From contig BQXS01013858.1 of NCBI GenBank assembly GCA_024181965.1, positions 1 through 46,916 of the forward strand: a DNA stretch of 46,916 bases, given 5' to 3'. Below are positions 10,201 through 19,459 of the stretch, one piece after another (positions within the stretch are counted from its first letter, which is position 1; every line of letters starts with the position of its first letter). This stretch comes from Aduncisulcus paluster (taxonomy: Eukaryota). The notes under the pieces are model-generated. The model did no database searches, was not told the origin of the DNA, and saw nothing but the letters and a program-made list of their open reading frames with translations. A program made the translations under genes and the position numbers.

Positions 10201-10753
10201 TTCAATAGGGGATGAAAATGTTGGATCTGTTGCTGATCGATTTCCAGCCATCAATGACTGGTTATATCAGCCACAGTGCTTATCACTGTTGTATAGTAAT
10301 TGTGAGGAGAGTGAACAACTTGTCATGAATGATCTGGTGGAAGAATATCTTTATTATGCCGAATTAGTTCTTGAAAAAGATGATGTCTTGCCTGATTATG
10401 AAGGATTTCAGTATTTGAATGGAACAAATCGACTCGCTTTGACGAGTGGTTTCTATTATTTGCATGATATTATTCAAGAAGAAATTGAATCAAAAAGCTC
10501 TTATTTTTATGCTGTTAAAATTATATTTTTGTGCATTGTTTTGATATTTCCAATTTCTTTTATTATTGTTACAAAACATGAAAAAGTGAAGGAATGCCTT
10601 GCTCAAAGGAATCTCTTGTTCACGACCTGGTCAATGCTTCCCTTGGATTCAGCTCCAATTCTTGTCAAAGAGGGGAAAGATATTCTTATCTTACTCCTGT
10701 TTATGAAATATTTGAATATTCGACGGCTGCAAAACTTTGAATCTGACTTTTGA
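4220..10753 (+). CDS. Giant multi-pass membrane protein, tiny-macrocysts TmcB/TmcC-like (about 2102 aa after removing the 225-bp artefact)
   Basis: N-terminal cluster of about 8-9 hydrophobic segments, TPR-like helices (LYEIALGVFPKHSLLISHYCVFL; PGLLRGYGQYIMCICGDIDGAHRYF), then two TM-loop-TM modules separated by Ser-rich linkers. Architecture matches my recollection of the TmcB/C family. Confidence 0.6.
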   Translation: MNVFYSSESARISVNEISSLSVQSQSSSAKKYSRRNSNSSIHQHRRTATQKILNGFFFLKQRVVSPLIFLIFMLMFENFQINSIILSLVSHDTNRIRAFVPFFSNLCLFSIREGDSPSSYLVPFLYLLFFPLFDVFLLLWSVNKKNLYLLDYSMSAKVLLSYLSSFAFFTPRFAFYPLLFVSTRLTVVDAAREISGEPLVFRILVIIASVFVIFLLLFLKFFYSAFFFNPQLNDFPSHHRVLARDDAIVFALYCVGFFLAWHLRLYSSLIVVIFCCISIICFLVKLLSCSYYSMCINILEAGFQMQICLGALIILPYLSFVEHSFSLPNFSLMFAIFSCLGMILGSGICYFCQKSKQNRLFQCISFSVDHLSKNLKKSGRKSRSIQIKSEISHSSNVHSGKDIPNHQETVDINADSSSKKSQQYHAKKHGVVTWGEICSNRSKNRTKEDKSVEHDDGHFSVSSELEETNSTDDTDSSYDEDAESTRKQHTGKGKIMHHSYTHHPSPTLSELQVEVQQLEKTVTMTHGDALIDQEKETIYATERGNASKKNEGSLNLPQNGIISNIQGRSVPPLSDSLPLVFRQILSKCPFRILDTTISVARAKRELLGLRVVDQGKKETKQIKNASKNSILVSRSFLRFDTPNNFIISMLPLLLLIRVLHVLKLRCETKGDGRVNIDTENAELCSYSMLPPISQCGCSSSFSIAFSNACSFACALYEIALGVFPKHSLLISHYCVFLNSFLPERAILYLRKTQEDKLNMPIDIQTIVYSVHELHKLSQIRSKSVGFTKYGKTLRKLRNRVSLGVSQLKNMWEIFLDASIEREQVKLNRKNRAKPAPSKILGDMNPRSADSMNPVPYLPTMMSSLSYSGRKRVKNSLFLDPSGLLLDGESNVNAVKISKFGSNSRSVKDEITEVISSSFKSSTPSKEVSAVILIRRDLRRKVKSLMYDLAQTMEYLDDTFNLLLRKATPGLLRGYGQYIMCICGDIDGAHRYFSRSLTLDQEKDKVANVTPRLSIPAFWKELMGSSGQNVEEYVVRECSSICNGEIDFKHSSLIRRLEHAFGTKRLNYSLWCSAFVFGSISLFVGIFFGTTADVVQTMYDISHQLSMTFMLMEITSVNLHSVLFRRDLIYNSMIAAISLTSTQGVYRDYSIEETATRELMASLGSIYRGIQSFSDTTEYSYQVSLVQLVGVRPARKKFYFSPLGRNVFFSPSLDLYICSYLGEDVIPSIDWTPTDLEQLSGFLDSPCVSTNSSLAVLVNSCLLDVIDYFSSPDNMLLGYFDQFNNDFPDQEFLLNLTQPLSGDIVFQTHLKNLNDSIMPAMKDVLFERSLYVSESISVVIVSFIFFVVLSIVLLILFYVRCVFKPITGYFQRIELYMSLLFNLPSETALQIYRSIGQRARAVDLKGTGSNLFFDPNRRSSLSERSDFEVTGSVMSSIHTVTSMTHSLSISTVDGMDRCAPSDMNESDDLTDIASDKPNHLISIESPISIRQDYAAHSISSNRTNHNSGSIVVDSTRSPSKASEQMGSMRLIGSNHDVSGSSGQLAPDHPSXXXXXXXXESPISIRQDYAAHSISSNRTNHNSGSIVVDSTRSPSKASEQMGSMRLIGSNHDVSGSSGQLAPDHPSTTSSRSLLYSTSSSTVDVTAISQKEALTTVLSNGAPISSLLVDPFSDDSDDPVKKKKKKKKKKTKPEKHLEDDMSSKSLKNESYNGGSPYMESVLGSSRQKSLPMPHILPSYESQYSVSSHFSSPVTPLTSKASKQVSRSPILDQVLLQPSTSSVSFEFGSPVVENVDVAQMRDESTHESTAFAKPSSVSTIFEPIKDDQMERTVDLSQKDDQNAMGQAIRGIDEPSAPVSIVSNSSRICRVDFSSISSSCESSSFNLLKQEQNLSSFLKVLFKRFNGASLWIFIIYLVALIVIGIIGLFYLLQLKDISYDFHLTDQTKVLVVEIYDYASRLTACEIGQLSRYHSELCRKREVKHLRASIDVFREEYFRFSIGDENVGSVADRFPAINDWLYQPQCLSLLYSNCEESEQLVMNDLVEEYLYYAELVLEKDDVLPDYEGFQYLNGTNRLALTSGFYYLHDIIQEEIESKSSYFYAVKIIFLCIVLIFPISFIIVTKHEKVKECLAQRNLLFTTWSMLPLDSAPILVKEGKDILILLLFMKYLNIRRLQNFESDF
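8664..9093. repeat. Gap-flanking duplication 8664..8868 = 8889..9093 (assembly overlap)
   Basis: Identical 205-bp copies either side of N8869-8888; offset 225. Confidence 0.9.
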
Positions 10754-11432
10754 AATATGTTTCTTTTCTGTATTAATTTTTATTTCTATTTATATTTTGA
10801 ATTAATTATTTCTATTTTATCTATTATGTTTATTTTACTTGTTTTGGTATTGATTTGTTTTATTTTTGTTGTTATTGATGTTTCTTTGGTTTTTGTTGCT
10901 TTAAATTTTATATTTGAACTGAAATCATTGCATATCTGGTTTGACTTTTACGTATATCGTCAGTTTGATCAATCTTGATTTTTGTCATATTATGGGTGTC
11001 TTCTCATCCTTACATTTTTTTAATATCAAATAGTTTATATTAATTGATATTTTTTACAGTATTTCTCGTGCTTTTCCATTTTTAATTTCATAAAACGTCC
11101 TATATTGTTCCAAAAACACAGAATTTGTGTGGGCTTAATTCTTTTTGTGTTTTAATTTCCTTATATCCTGCATTTCTTTCCAGCTTTCTACTTTGTTTAC
11201 GAAATTAACGGAACGTCAACTCTTCTCTTGTGATGGCCACCTACTCTATCCTATAAATCTACAAATTCAATAAAATTGTCTCAAATATTGCTGTGCTGGA
11301 TCAATAATAGGAGATATCTTAACTATAGAAATTGGATTCATTATCAATTGAAGGATCAATATTCAAGTAAAGATAATCATACGATTCATTCTTAATTTAA
11401 TTCATTTGTTTAAAGCATTGCAAAGTTCAAAA

Positions 11433-14400
11433 TCACACTTGGCTATCCCATTTTGAGACAGATGGAACACACATCTCAGATGCCAATACTGATCCGATAT
11501 CTCCACCATATTTGTGTCTTTGACAAGTAATAATATCCTCAATTCGCGGGCATATCCAACCTTCTCCAAGTTTTGGAAGGAAACCCTTGATGGATTGAAC
11601 CTTTTTACATGCATTATGCACACTCATACGATCGTCAAGGCTTTTAGCAGTCAAGCCAGTATATACTAAATTTAAACATGTGTGTACTGGTTTATATTTC
11701 CCACCATCAATACTAAGAAGGGACTCAAATAGTGGAGAATTCGACAGTTTCGGAATCATATCGTGTTCAAGGAGAAACAATAATTTTTCAATGAGTTGAA
11801 GAGAGGAAACGACACCACGAAGTGTTGGATGTCCAATAAATGGAGGTAAACATGTGAACAATGCGAGAATTGACATTCCAAGGGAATATGCATCGCTTAA
11901 TTGAGTTTGGTGACCCTCTTTCAAGGATTCATAAGAGTTATAAACGAAAGTTCCGCATAAATCACCATTATCTTCCATAGGTTTCCTTGCAACAGAGCCT
12001 TTGGAAGATACAAATGCCTTGGATGTATGAGAAGAAGATATCGAGTCTTGAATCTGAACAAATCCTAGATCACCAAGAATCACAACACATTCTAAACTCT
12101 TGGGATCAACTCTGACGAGAAAGTTGTCAGGTTTTATATCTCGATGAACGAGTTTTGGTTTGGCTGTGAAAACTTCATCAAGACACTCAATCATGGCAAC
12201 ACAAAGAGCACATACTTTGACGGGATTCAATTGAAGAGAGTTAAAAGGCTTTGCTAATGAAGAAGAACTACACGTATCGCATGATGAGGTAGTTGTAGAG
12301 GTAGAAACATATACTGAAGAATCACTTTCACAATCATCAGAAGAGCCAGCAAGTGATCTCCGACAAATTCCATCATCACACCAGCTCTTTGAAAAAGACG
12401 CAACACTACCTCCAAGACAAAATTCCATGCAAAATCCATACACACCACGGTAGTTTTCATCAAAAAGATCAAGAATATACAAGGGACGAGGAATACGGCA
12501 GTAACATTTGGGAGAATTAAATAGCTTTCGTTGGGTCTTGAATTCATGACGACAACTCTTAACAACGTATTTATCTGCAGTTCTTAGCATCTTCTTAAAC
12601 ACACACGGTTGTTTGAGCCCTTGAACCTCAACAAGGAGAACCTGACCAAATTCCCCTTCACCAATAATGCACAGAGATCTTATGTCAGCTTCAGAAGTCA
12701 AAGTCATCGAATCTTCCTTCCTTTTATGTTCCCCAGGTGCACTAATTGTGACATATGGCGAACCTGGAACAACACTACTTGAAGATAGAGTGGATGAAAC
12801 TTCATCTGAAACTGATATAGGTTTGGTATTCAATTGTGTTTTCTCCTGGATTACACCCAATTTGGCCAGTTTTGCTTCATGTTTCCTTCTTTTCTTTTCA
12901 AATTTCTCTTTCTTCTTGTCTATTTTCTCCCTTTTTAGTGACCGTCTTTTAAGTTCTCTTCTTTTCACCTTTTCTGTAATTTTTCTTAGTTTTTCCTCTT
13001 GTTTCTTCTNNNNNNNNNNNNNNNNNNNNCCCAGACCTTTCAAATTTTCAAACAGATCACGAACCTCTTGAGGAATCTCATCAGCAGAGGCTTTCAGAGT
13101 CTGTATAAGGGCCTGTAACTGATTTCCGATAGTATCCTTGCCAAACAAAAGCTTGTCCAGCATAGCAAGATTTTGAACCGNNNNNNNNNNNNNNNNNNNN
13201 TGACGACAACTCTTAACAACGTATTTATCTGCAGTTCTTAGCATCTTCTTAAACACACACGGTTGTTTGAGCCCTTGAACCTCAACAAGGAGAACCTGAC
13301 CAAATTCCCCTTCACCAATAATGCACAGAGATCTTATGTCAGCTTCAGAAGTCAAAGTCATCGAATCTTCCTTCCTTTTATGTTCCCCAGGTGCACTAAT
13401 TGTGACATATGGCGAACCTGGAACAACACTACTTGAAGATAGAGTGGATGAAACTTCATCTGAAACTGATATAGGTTTGGTATTCAATTGTGTTTTCTCC
13501 TGGATTACACCCAATTTGGCCAGTTTTGCTTCATGTTTCCTTCTTTTCTTTTCAAATTTCTCTTTCTTCTTGTCTATTTTCTCCCTTTTTAGTGACCGTC
13601 TTTTAAGTTCTCTTCTTTTCACCTTTTCTGTAATTTTTCTTAGTTTTTCCTCTTGTTTCTTCTTTTTTTCTTCTCCTTTCCTCCTCTCTTTTTCCACTTT
13701 CACCCTTTTTTCTGCCAGTTCCTTCATTTCAATGGCTGCTTTCATCTCTTCGGTCAAAGGTTTTCTCGTCCCTTTAAAAATGAGTAAACCGACAAGGATA
13801 AATACAAAACATATGGAAAACATACAAAATAGTAAGGAATAAATACTGTGCAAGAAGAAAAAGGCCAAAAACAGACAAGAAATAGTGGAACCAACAAAAA
13901 GACAAGAAAGCAGAGGATTCAAGAGAACAGACTTTTCTATATTTGGAATCTTTGAGAAATAATGTTCTTGATAATATTTCCATCCAGCTCCTGTGAAAAA
14001 CGATAATATAACCCCAATTGAAATGGGAATCATGATTGAAAAATCCCATTCTCGAAATGAAGAATAATACGTAATTAACGGGATAAATACAAGAGGAATT
14101 GAACATATCGAAGCCAGAATCATGAATCCACCATGAATTATTTCAGTTCCAAATCGATCAAGTAAGGTATTGACAGAATCATCAGCGAGAGAAGTAATAC
14201 AAAAGAAGGCTGATATGATACTGATTCCAAAGTAATTCCATCTCACAATAACATTAGAATGGATGTAAAAGGATATAAACAGAGTGAATGAGACACAGAA
14301 TAGAACTAAAAATAGAGCAAAACAAGTCGGTGTGAATAAAAATAGTCTCTTGGATATTTGAGAATGAATATATATAAATCCGGATGCACCCATGATGAAT

Positions 14401-15845
14401 AAACAAACAGAACAAATGGATAATAGCCACTGTAAAGACCTTTGATGGATAAATACAACCATACTGGTGAAAACGATCGAAGGAATGATTAAAAATGAAG
14501 TCAAAATACCGACTCTCGCCCTTTTGAGATAAGTGATATAAAATAAAACCATGATAGGGATCGATCCAAGAATTGATCCAATAACAATTCCAGCATTAGA
14601 TTCTTTAAAGAAGCCAATGATGATAATAACAAATCCAGGGATCATAAAAAGCATAGACATCGTACATATTATGCGGTTTTCAGCTCTAAAATACTTGTAT
14701 AATACAATATAAAGTGTGATAAGACAGCNNNNNNNNNNNNNNNNNNNNATGATTAAAAATGAAGTCAAAATACCGACTCTCGCCCTTTTGAGATAAGTGA
14801 TATAAAATAAAACCATGATAGGGATCGATCCAAGAATTGATCCAATAACAATTCCAGCATTAGATTCTTTAAAGAAGCAAATGATGATAATAACAAATCC
14901 AGGGATCATAAAAAGCATAGACATCGTACATATTATGCGGTTTTCAGCTCTAAAATACTTGTATAATACAATATAAAGTGTGATAAGACAGCCAACAAAA
15001 CCTGAAAGAATCATTGTTATATTCTTCGATCTTATACCAATAATAAGGGAAAAAAGAGAAGAAATGCCAAAGATAAATGGAAAGATGGGCTTAATTTTTT
15101 GATAATTTATCGGGAATGTCATCACAATAGCAAATATGCCAGCAATCACAGGGAATATGAGGAAATAATAGTTTGAAAACAATCCGAACGATAGAGAAAG
15201 GCCAAGAACAAAGAAAGAAAGTCCAAATAAAATCCCAATTCCAGGATGACCCTTCAATTTGGGAGTATTACAAGAAGCAACCAAGAAGTAAATTAAATTC
15301 ACCACACCAGCAATAATTCCACAGCAAACGTATATATACATGCTTGTATACTCATATTGTAATGCATTATCAAATGAATATGGTTTGTAAAGAGATGACA
15401 AAATGAGAGGGAAAGATATTAAGGAGGTGCCAGCGATGAATGAAGAATTAATATTGCTACAAAAACAACCAATATTAACATAATTTTCTTTGGTACACGA
15501 TGGAAAACAAGAATGTAAACAAGGACGAACGAAATATATAAATCCCAATGCAATTAGAGGCCAAGAAAGAAAATACAGAACAGAAAAGAATATCACAACA
15601 CTATTCACAGGGAATAATAGGTCAGCTTTGCTCTCAACAAAGCTTATACGAATGTTACCAAGGGAGTTGGAATCAATATCTGTTGTAGTTGCTGGTGAAT
15701 AGGTACTTTCTGTCGGCTTGTCTAAAACACCAATATGAAAGGTACCATCACTAATTGAAAGGGAAAATGGGTATAAATAAAAAACACAAATGAGAAATAT
15801 AGCATAAAATGAGCCTGAAGTCTTGTGCGAAGTAGGAATAAACAT
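11433..15845 (-). CDS. Polytopic membrane protein with C-terminal Ser/Thr kinase (about 1164 aa after collapsing artefacts)
   Basis: About 17-18 hydrophobic segments, a K/E/R coiled coil, then a kinase: IGEGEFGQV, CVFKK, HRDIKPDN, DLG, CGTFVYNSYE, SDAYSLG. Confidence 0.9.
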   Translation of the reverse strand: MFIPTSHKTSGSFYAIFLICVFYLYPFSLSISDGTFHIGVLDKPTESTYSPATTTDIDSNSLGNIRISFVESKADLLFPVNSVVIFFSVLYFLSWPLIALGFIYFVRPCLHSCFPSCTKENYVNIGCFCSNINSSFIAGTSLISFPLILSSLYKPYSFDNALQYEYTSMYIYVCCGIIAGVVNLIYFLVASCNTPKLKGHPGIGILFGLSFFVLGLSLSFGLFSNYYFLIFPVIAGIFAIVMTFPINYQKIKPIFPFIFGISSLFSLIIGIRSKNITMILSGFVGCLITLYIVLYKYFRAENRIICTMSMLFMIPGFVIIIICFFKESNAGIVIGSILGSIPIMVLFYITYLKRARVGILTSFLIXXXXXXXXCLITLYIVLYKYFRAENRIICTMSMLFMIPGFVIIIIGFFKESNAGIVIGSILGSIPIMVLFYITYLKRARVGILTSFLIIPSIVFTSMVVFIHQRSLQWLLSICSVCLFIMGASGFIYIHSQISKRLFLFTPTCFALFLVLFCVSFTLFISFYIHSNVIVRWNYFGISIISAFFCITSLADDSVNTLLDRFGTEIIHGGFMILASICSIPLVFIPLITYYSSFREWDFSIMIPISIGVILSFFTGAGWKYYQEHYFSKIPNIEKSVLLNPLLSCLFVGSTISCLFLAFFFLHSIYSLLFCMFSICFVFILVGLLIFKGTRKPLTEEMKAAIEMKELAEKRVKVEKERRKGEEKKKKQEEKLRKITEKVKRRELKRRSLKREKIDKKKEKFEKKRRKHEAKLAKLGVIQEKTQLNTKPISVSDEVSSTLSSSSVVPGSPYVTISAPGEHKRKEDSMTLTSEADIRSLCIIGEGEFGQVLLVEVQGLKQPCVFKKMLRTADKYVVKSCRXXXXXXXXVQNLAMLDKLLFGKDTIGNQLQALIQTLKASADEIPQEVRDLFENLKGLXXXXXXXXKKQEEKLRKITEKVKRRELKRRSLKREKIDKKKEKFEKKRRKHEAKLAKLGVIQEKTQLNTKPISVSDEVSSTLSSSSVVPGSPYVTISAPGEHKRKEDSMTLTSEADIRSLCIIGEGEFGQVLLVEVQGLKQPCVFKKMLRTADKYVVKSCRHEFKTQRKLFNSPKCYCRIPRPLYILDLFDENYRGVYGFCMEFCLGGSVASFSKSWCDDGICRRSLAGSSDDCESDSSVYVSTSTTTSSCDTCSSSSLAKPFNSLQLNPVKVCALCVAMIECLDEVFTAKPKLVHRDIKPDNFLVRVDPKSLECVVILGDLGFVQIQDSISSSHTSKAFVSSKGSVARKPMEDNGDLCGTFVYNSYESLKEGHQTQLSDAYSLGMSILALFTCLPPFIGHPTLRGVVSSLQLIEKLLFLLEHDMIPKLSNSPLFESLLSIDGGKYKPVHTCLNLVYTGLTAKSLDDRMSVHNACKKVQSIKGFLPKLGEGWICPRIEDIITCQRHKYGGDIGSVLASEMCVPSVSKWDSQV
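12547..13663. repeat. Gap-flanking duplication 12547..13009 = 13201..13663, with a foreign 151-bp fragment (13030..13180) between
   Basis: Offset 654; N runs at 13010-13029 and 13181-13200. Confidence 0.9.
14485..14992. repeat. Gap-flanking duplication 14485..14728 = 14749..14992
   Basis: Offset 264; one mismatch seen (C14615 vs A14879, Gly vs Cys). Confidence 0.9.
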
Positions 15846-16099
15846 GAAAATTCTATTCTTTCAATCAGTGAGTCACAAGGTCAAATGAAAATAAAACAAG
15901 AAAGTAAAAATAATATATTACAAATTTCTTGTATTATTATTTTGTCGACTCAATCAAAACACGATGATGTCAAAAAACAGAAGATTCGTATCAACATGAT
16001 TCAAAAATACACCCGAAAGTGAATAAATTAATCAATAAACCTTATATAAGTTATTTTTTTTTATTATTTATTCAGGATGCCAATTCAACAGGCCATTGG

Positions 16100-16751
16100 A
16101 TCTATGACAATTAAATAAAAGATAATCACTGTCACAGTGTCATATTTGGACGGTCCAAATATGAATGGGTTAATCTATTTATCTTTCTTCTCCCTCTTTC
16201 TCTTCCGTTTCTCAGCATCGATGGCCTTCAAATCCTCAGTGAAATCAATATCAGGCTTCCTTCTCTTTCCTCTCCCTACACCTTCCTTTTCAGCTTTCTT
16301 GGCCATTTCATCGAACTTTTTCTTGTCGTCTGTACCCATATCCTTAACAGATGGCTCACTAACCTCTTCACTATCCTCAGAGGCCTCAAAGCTAGCATTG
16401 TCGCTGTCTTGACTANNNNNNNNNNNNNNNNNNNNATCTATGACAATTAAATAAAAGATAATCACTGTCACAGTGTCATATTTGGACGGTCCAAATATGA
16501 ATGGGTTAATCTATTTATCTTTCTTCTCCCTCTTTCTCTTCCGTTTCTCAGCATCGATGGCCTTCAAATCCTCAGTGAAATCAATATCAGGCTTCCTTCT
16601 CTTTCCTCTCCCTACACCTTCCTTTTCAGCTTTCTTGGCCATTTCATCGAACTTTTTCTTGTCGTCTGTACCCATATCCTTAACAGATGGCTCACTAACC
16701 TCTTCACTATCCTCAGAGGCCTCAAAGCTAGCATTGTCGCTGTCTTGACTA
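16100..16751. repeat. Gap-flanking duplication 16100..16415 = 16436..16751 (3' end of SSRP1)
   Basis: Offset 336 across N16416-16435. Confidence 0.9.
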
Positions 16752-18316
16752 TCCTGACTATCTTCATCATCTCCCATGTCTCCCACAGCACTCTCGATGA
16801 TAGCAGTTGGTGTGTGTGTGTTCTTGAAGTGAGCAGCGCCGACCATTTTCTTCATCTGTTTGTCCAGAGCCATACTGTAAACATCCCGAATATCAGAAAA
16901 CTCATACTTCTCTTTCTTGGTAATGACAGTCAAGCTAATGCGAGTTGCTTTGGAGACAGCGTTTATCCCGGAGCTCAGTTGAATGTGGTTAATGTCCTTC
17001 TTGGGAATGATTATCACTGGCTTGCACACAAAGAGGAGATAGTCATCGAGGGGGAACAGATGACCCTGATTTTTCTCATACACGCAACGAACACTCTGAT
17101 GGACACCTTCTGGGGGGTCAAGAGCCTTGTCAGGACGAGGAGCAATGCCTCTCGAAGTGACTGCGAAGGATCCAGGAACAATAACACCACCTCCGTCTCC
17201 CTTCTTGCGTTGTTCAGTCACAGCAAGCAAAAGAGCAGCATATACACGGACAGCGTCGTCACTGAATCTGGTGGGGAGTCCATATTTCTTCTGAATTGCA
17301 GAGTCACACATGATTGTTGTGTTGAGACGCTCTCCACGTTTGATCGAGATGATTAAAGATGTGAAGGTCGTCTTGTTTTTCATGACAGGTTCCTTGAGGG
17401 AGATAATGAAAGCATACTCATCTGAAGGCATAAGGACAGTGAACATCTTCCCAATATTGGTGTATTTAACGACAAAGGTGTGCGTAGAACCACGGAAACG
17501 GAGGGTAATACCACTGAATGTCACTTCGTACTGCCCGCGGGGATGCAATAACTTTGTCTTGGGGAAGGTGGCTATCACAGATCCCTTGGCTTCATCAGTC
17601 TTGCATCGTCCAGCAAGAATCTTCTCAAGGATCTCAGCGGGGGTGTAAGTCTCGGATCTGACCAAACCAGGAGGAATATAGAACCGGATATCAGTAAGAG
17701 TATGAGGTTTATCACTACTGGTCTTCAAAGGGGCAGTCTTGAGAGATATCTCGTTATTATTGGCAGAAACACCGGCGATATAGGCCAAAGGAATCCTTAA
17801 AACCTCCTCAGTGTGTGGAACACCAGCAGTTCCTTTGATTGAGTGATCGAAAACGACATCTTCTCTATCTATTTTAACATCACCCCAATTCCAACCACGG
17901 AGAGATAAACTCACATCTTGGCTTCCATCAACACCTCCAAAAGAAATCGAATTCTTCTTGAAGAACTCATTTAAATGTCCTTTATCAGCAAGCTGAAAAC
18001 CAGTGAAATGAACATCCCAAGATTCTTGATGAGTCTTTAAAAACTCTTTAGTATGTTTTTCTTTAAGTTCTGGTGGAATTCCTTCATCGACTTCACGATA
18101 TACGCAATCTTCTTTCAAACGAAGGCGAAGCTGATAACAATCATGATCACGCCCATCAAGCTTTCCTAAATTAGTCCAACCAACAGTATCAATTTTATCC
18201 ACGGGGATAAATCTCTTTTTACCTGTTTCAGAACATCTCCACCCAATCTTTTGGTTAGAAATGACGAAATCACCTCTTTTCGCATCAGTATAAATATTTT
18301 TCACGGCCGAAATCAT
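16511..18316 (-). CDS. SSRP1: FACT complex subunit SSRP1/Pob3
   Basis: N-terminal NIY...G.F.I....IGW, hallmark LRGWNWG, DIRFYIP, PRGQYEV, GHLFPLD..LLFVCKP, YEFSDI, acidic tail. First ATG at 18316 (the track starts at an upstream TTG). Confidence 0.92.
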   Translation of the reverse strand: MISAVKNIYTDAKRGDFVISNQKIGWRCSETGKKRFIPVDKIDTVGWTNLGKLDGRDHDCYQLRLRLKEDCVYREVDEGIPPELKEKHTKEFLKTHQESWDVHFTGFQLADKGHLNEFFKKNSISFGGVDGSQDVSLSLRGWNWGDVKIDREDVVFDHSIKGTAGVPHTEEVLRIPLAYIAGVSANNNEISLKTAPLKTSSDKPHTLTDIRFYIPPGLVRSETYTPAEILEKILAGRCKTDEAKGSVIATFPKTKLLHPRGQYEVTFSGITLRFRGSTHTFVVKYTNIGKMFTVLMPSDEYAFIISLKEPVMKNKTTFTSLIISIKRGERLNTTIMCDSAIQKKYGLPTRFSDDAVRVYAALLLAVTEQRKKGDGGGVIVPGSFAVTSRGIAPRPDKALDPPEGVHQSVRCVYEKNQGHLFPLDDYLLFVCKPVIIIPKKDINHIQLSSGINAVSKATRISLTVITKKEKYEFSDIRDVYSMALDKQMKKMVGAAHFKNTHTPTAIIESAVGDMGDDEDSQDSQDSDNASFEASEDSEEVSEPSVKDMGTDDKKKFDEMAKKAEKEGVGRGKRRKPDIDFTEDLKAIDAEKRKRKREKKDK

Positions 18317-18643
18317 TATAAGATAAGAAAGAATCAAAAATACCTTAAAAAGTTATTCTTGGTCAAGGAAAAACGAATTAGTGGATTTTGATTTTATTAT
18401 TCCAAATCGAGTGCATAAAAAAGGTTGTTCTGAATAAAAAACTATAATAAATATTAAATAAATGGAAGGGAAGAACATATTACTCCGCCAAAGCATTATG
18501 TTGGCCACCAGGTAATCATCGACTCAAAAAGCGGATACAAAGAATCTCTCTCAAAGGATTACTCTATAATTATTTATAATTGAATTGTGTTATCATGATA
18601 TTATCAAATAAATGATCACATGTGGATCATTTCCCCCAATATT

Positions 18644-19427
18644 CTATCCTTGAGGAGGAGTGAAACTCGGATACACACAACCCTGCTTCACCATAAAATC
18701 AAACAAATCCCGAGCCTTTTTCGTCCCAGAATGCTTAGATAACATGACCAAAACCTCATCAAATAGATCTTTCGCAGGAATAAATGAAATTTTCTTGGAG
18801 AATTCAACAAGAGTTTGTTTTTCGGAAGAAGCGATTAGAGGTTTTAGAGAGCTTTTAACCACATGTCTCTTATCATTTGGCCATTGAGACAGAATTGAGT
18901 AAAATAACTTCACAAACTCCAGTGAAAGCAGCGGATTATGCATGAAAACTGAACATTTCCCGCAAAGTCTTCTGAATCCTTCAAAAGGCCCAAGAATCAT
19001 TGAAACTTGATCAGGGAAATTAGAATACAACAGCGCAATAATTCCAAATGTTTGATTATGACCTTGGGCAAGCGTGAGCATGTTTACAAAGAATGGAACA
19101 ATAGGATACTCAGATCGGCCATGTCCATCGATTTCCTCGGCTGTGAGTGGTGATTTCTCAAGTTTCTCAGGATCTCCAAAAATAGATGGGTTAACAACAC
19201 TCATACATATCCTCAAAAGATGAAGAGTATTCTTAAAAATCGAGGAAGAAGAGGAAGAGAAAAGGAAAGACGAGGCAAAAGTAGAAATCGCCCCAGACAT
19301 TGCCGGGCTTGCCAAACACGATAATACAACAGCCACCTTAGAAATCAACACAATATCTTCTCCAGAGAAGACCAGAGAATGTGTATTACCACGCATGGAA
19401 CTGCCAAGCTTTCGAATAACAGAATTC

Positions 19428-19459
<32 letters not shown>

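Noticed and set aside
10757-10978. 73-aa hydrophobic ORF
   Set aside because: T-rich 3' flank of the upstream gene; composition explains the open frame.
13201-13663. Apparent tandem second kinase N-lobe
   Set aside because: Assembly overlap; only one kinase domain remains after collapse.
18610-18632. Imperfect palindrome AAATGATC-ACATGTG-GATCATTT just past a stop codon
   Set aside because: 8-bp AT-rich stem, single occurrence; chance cannot be excluded.
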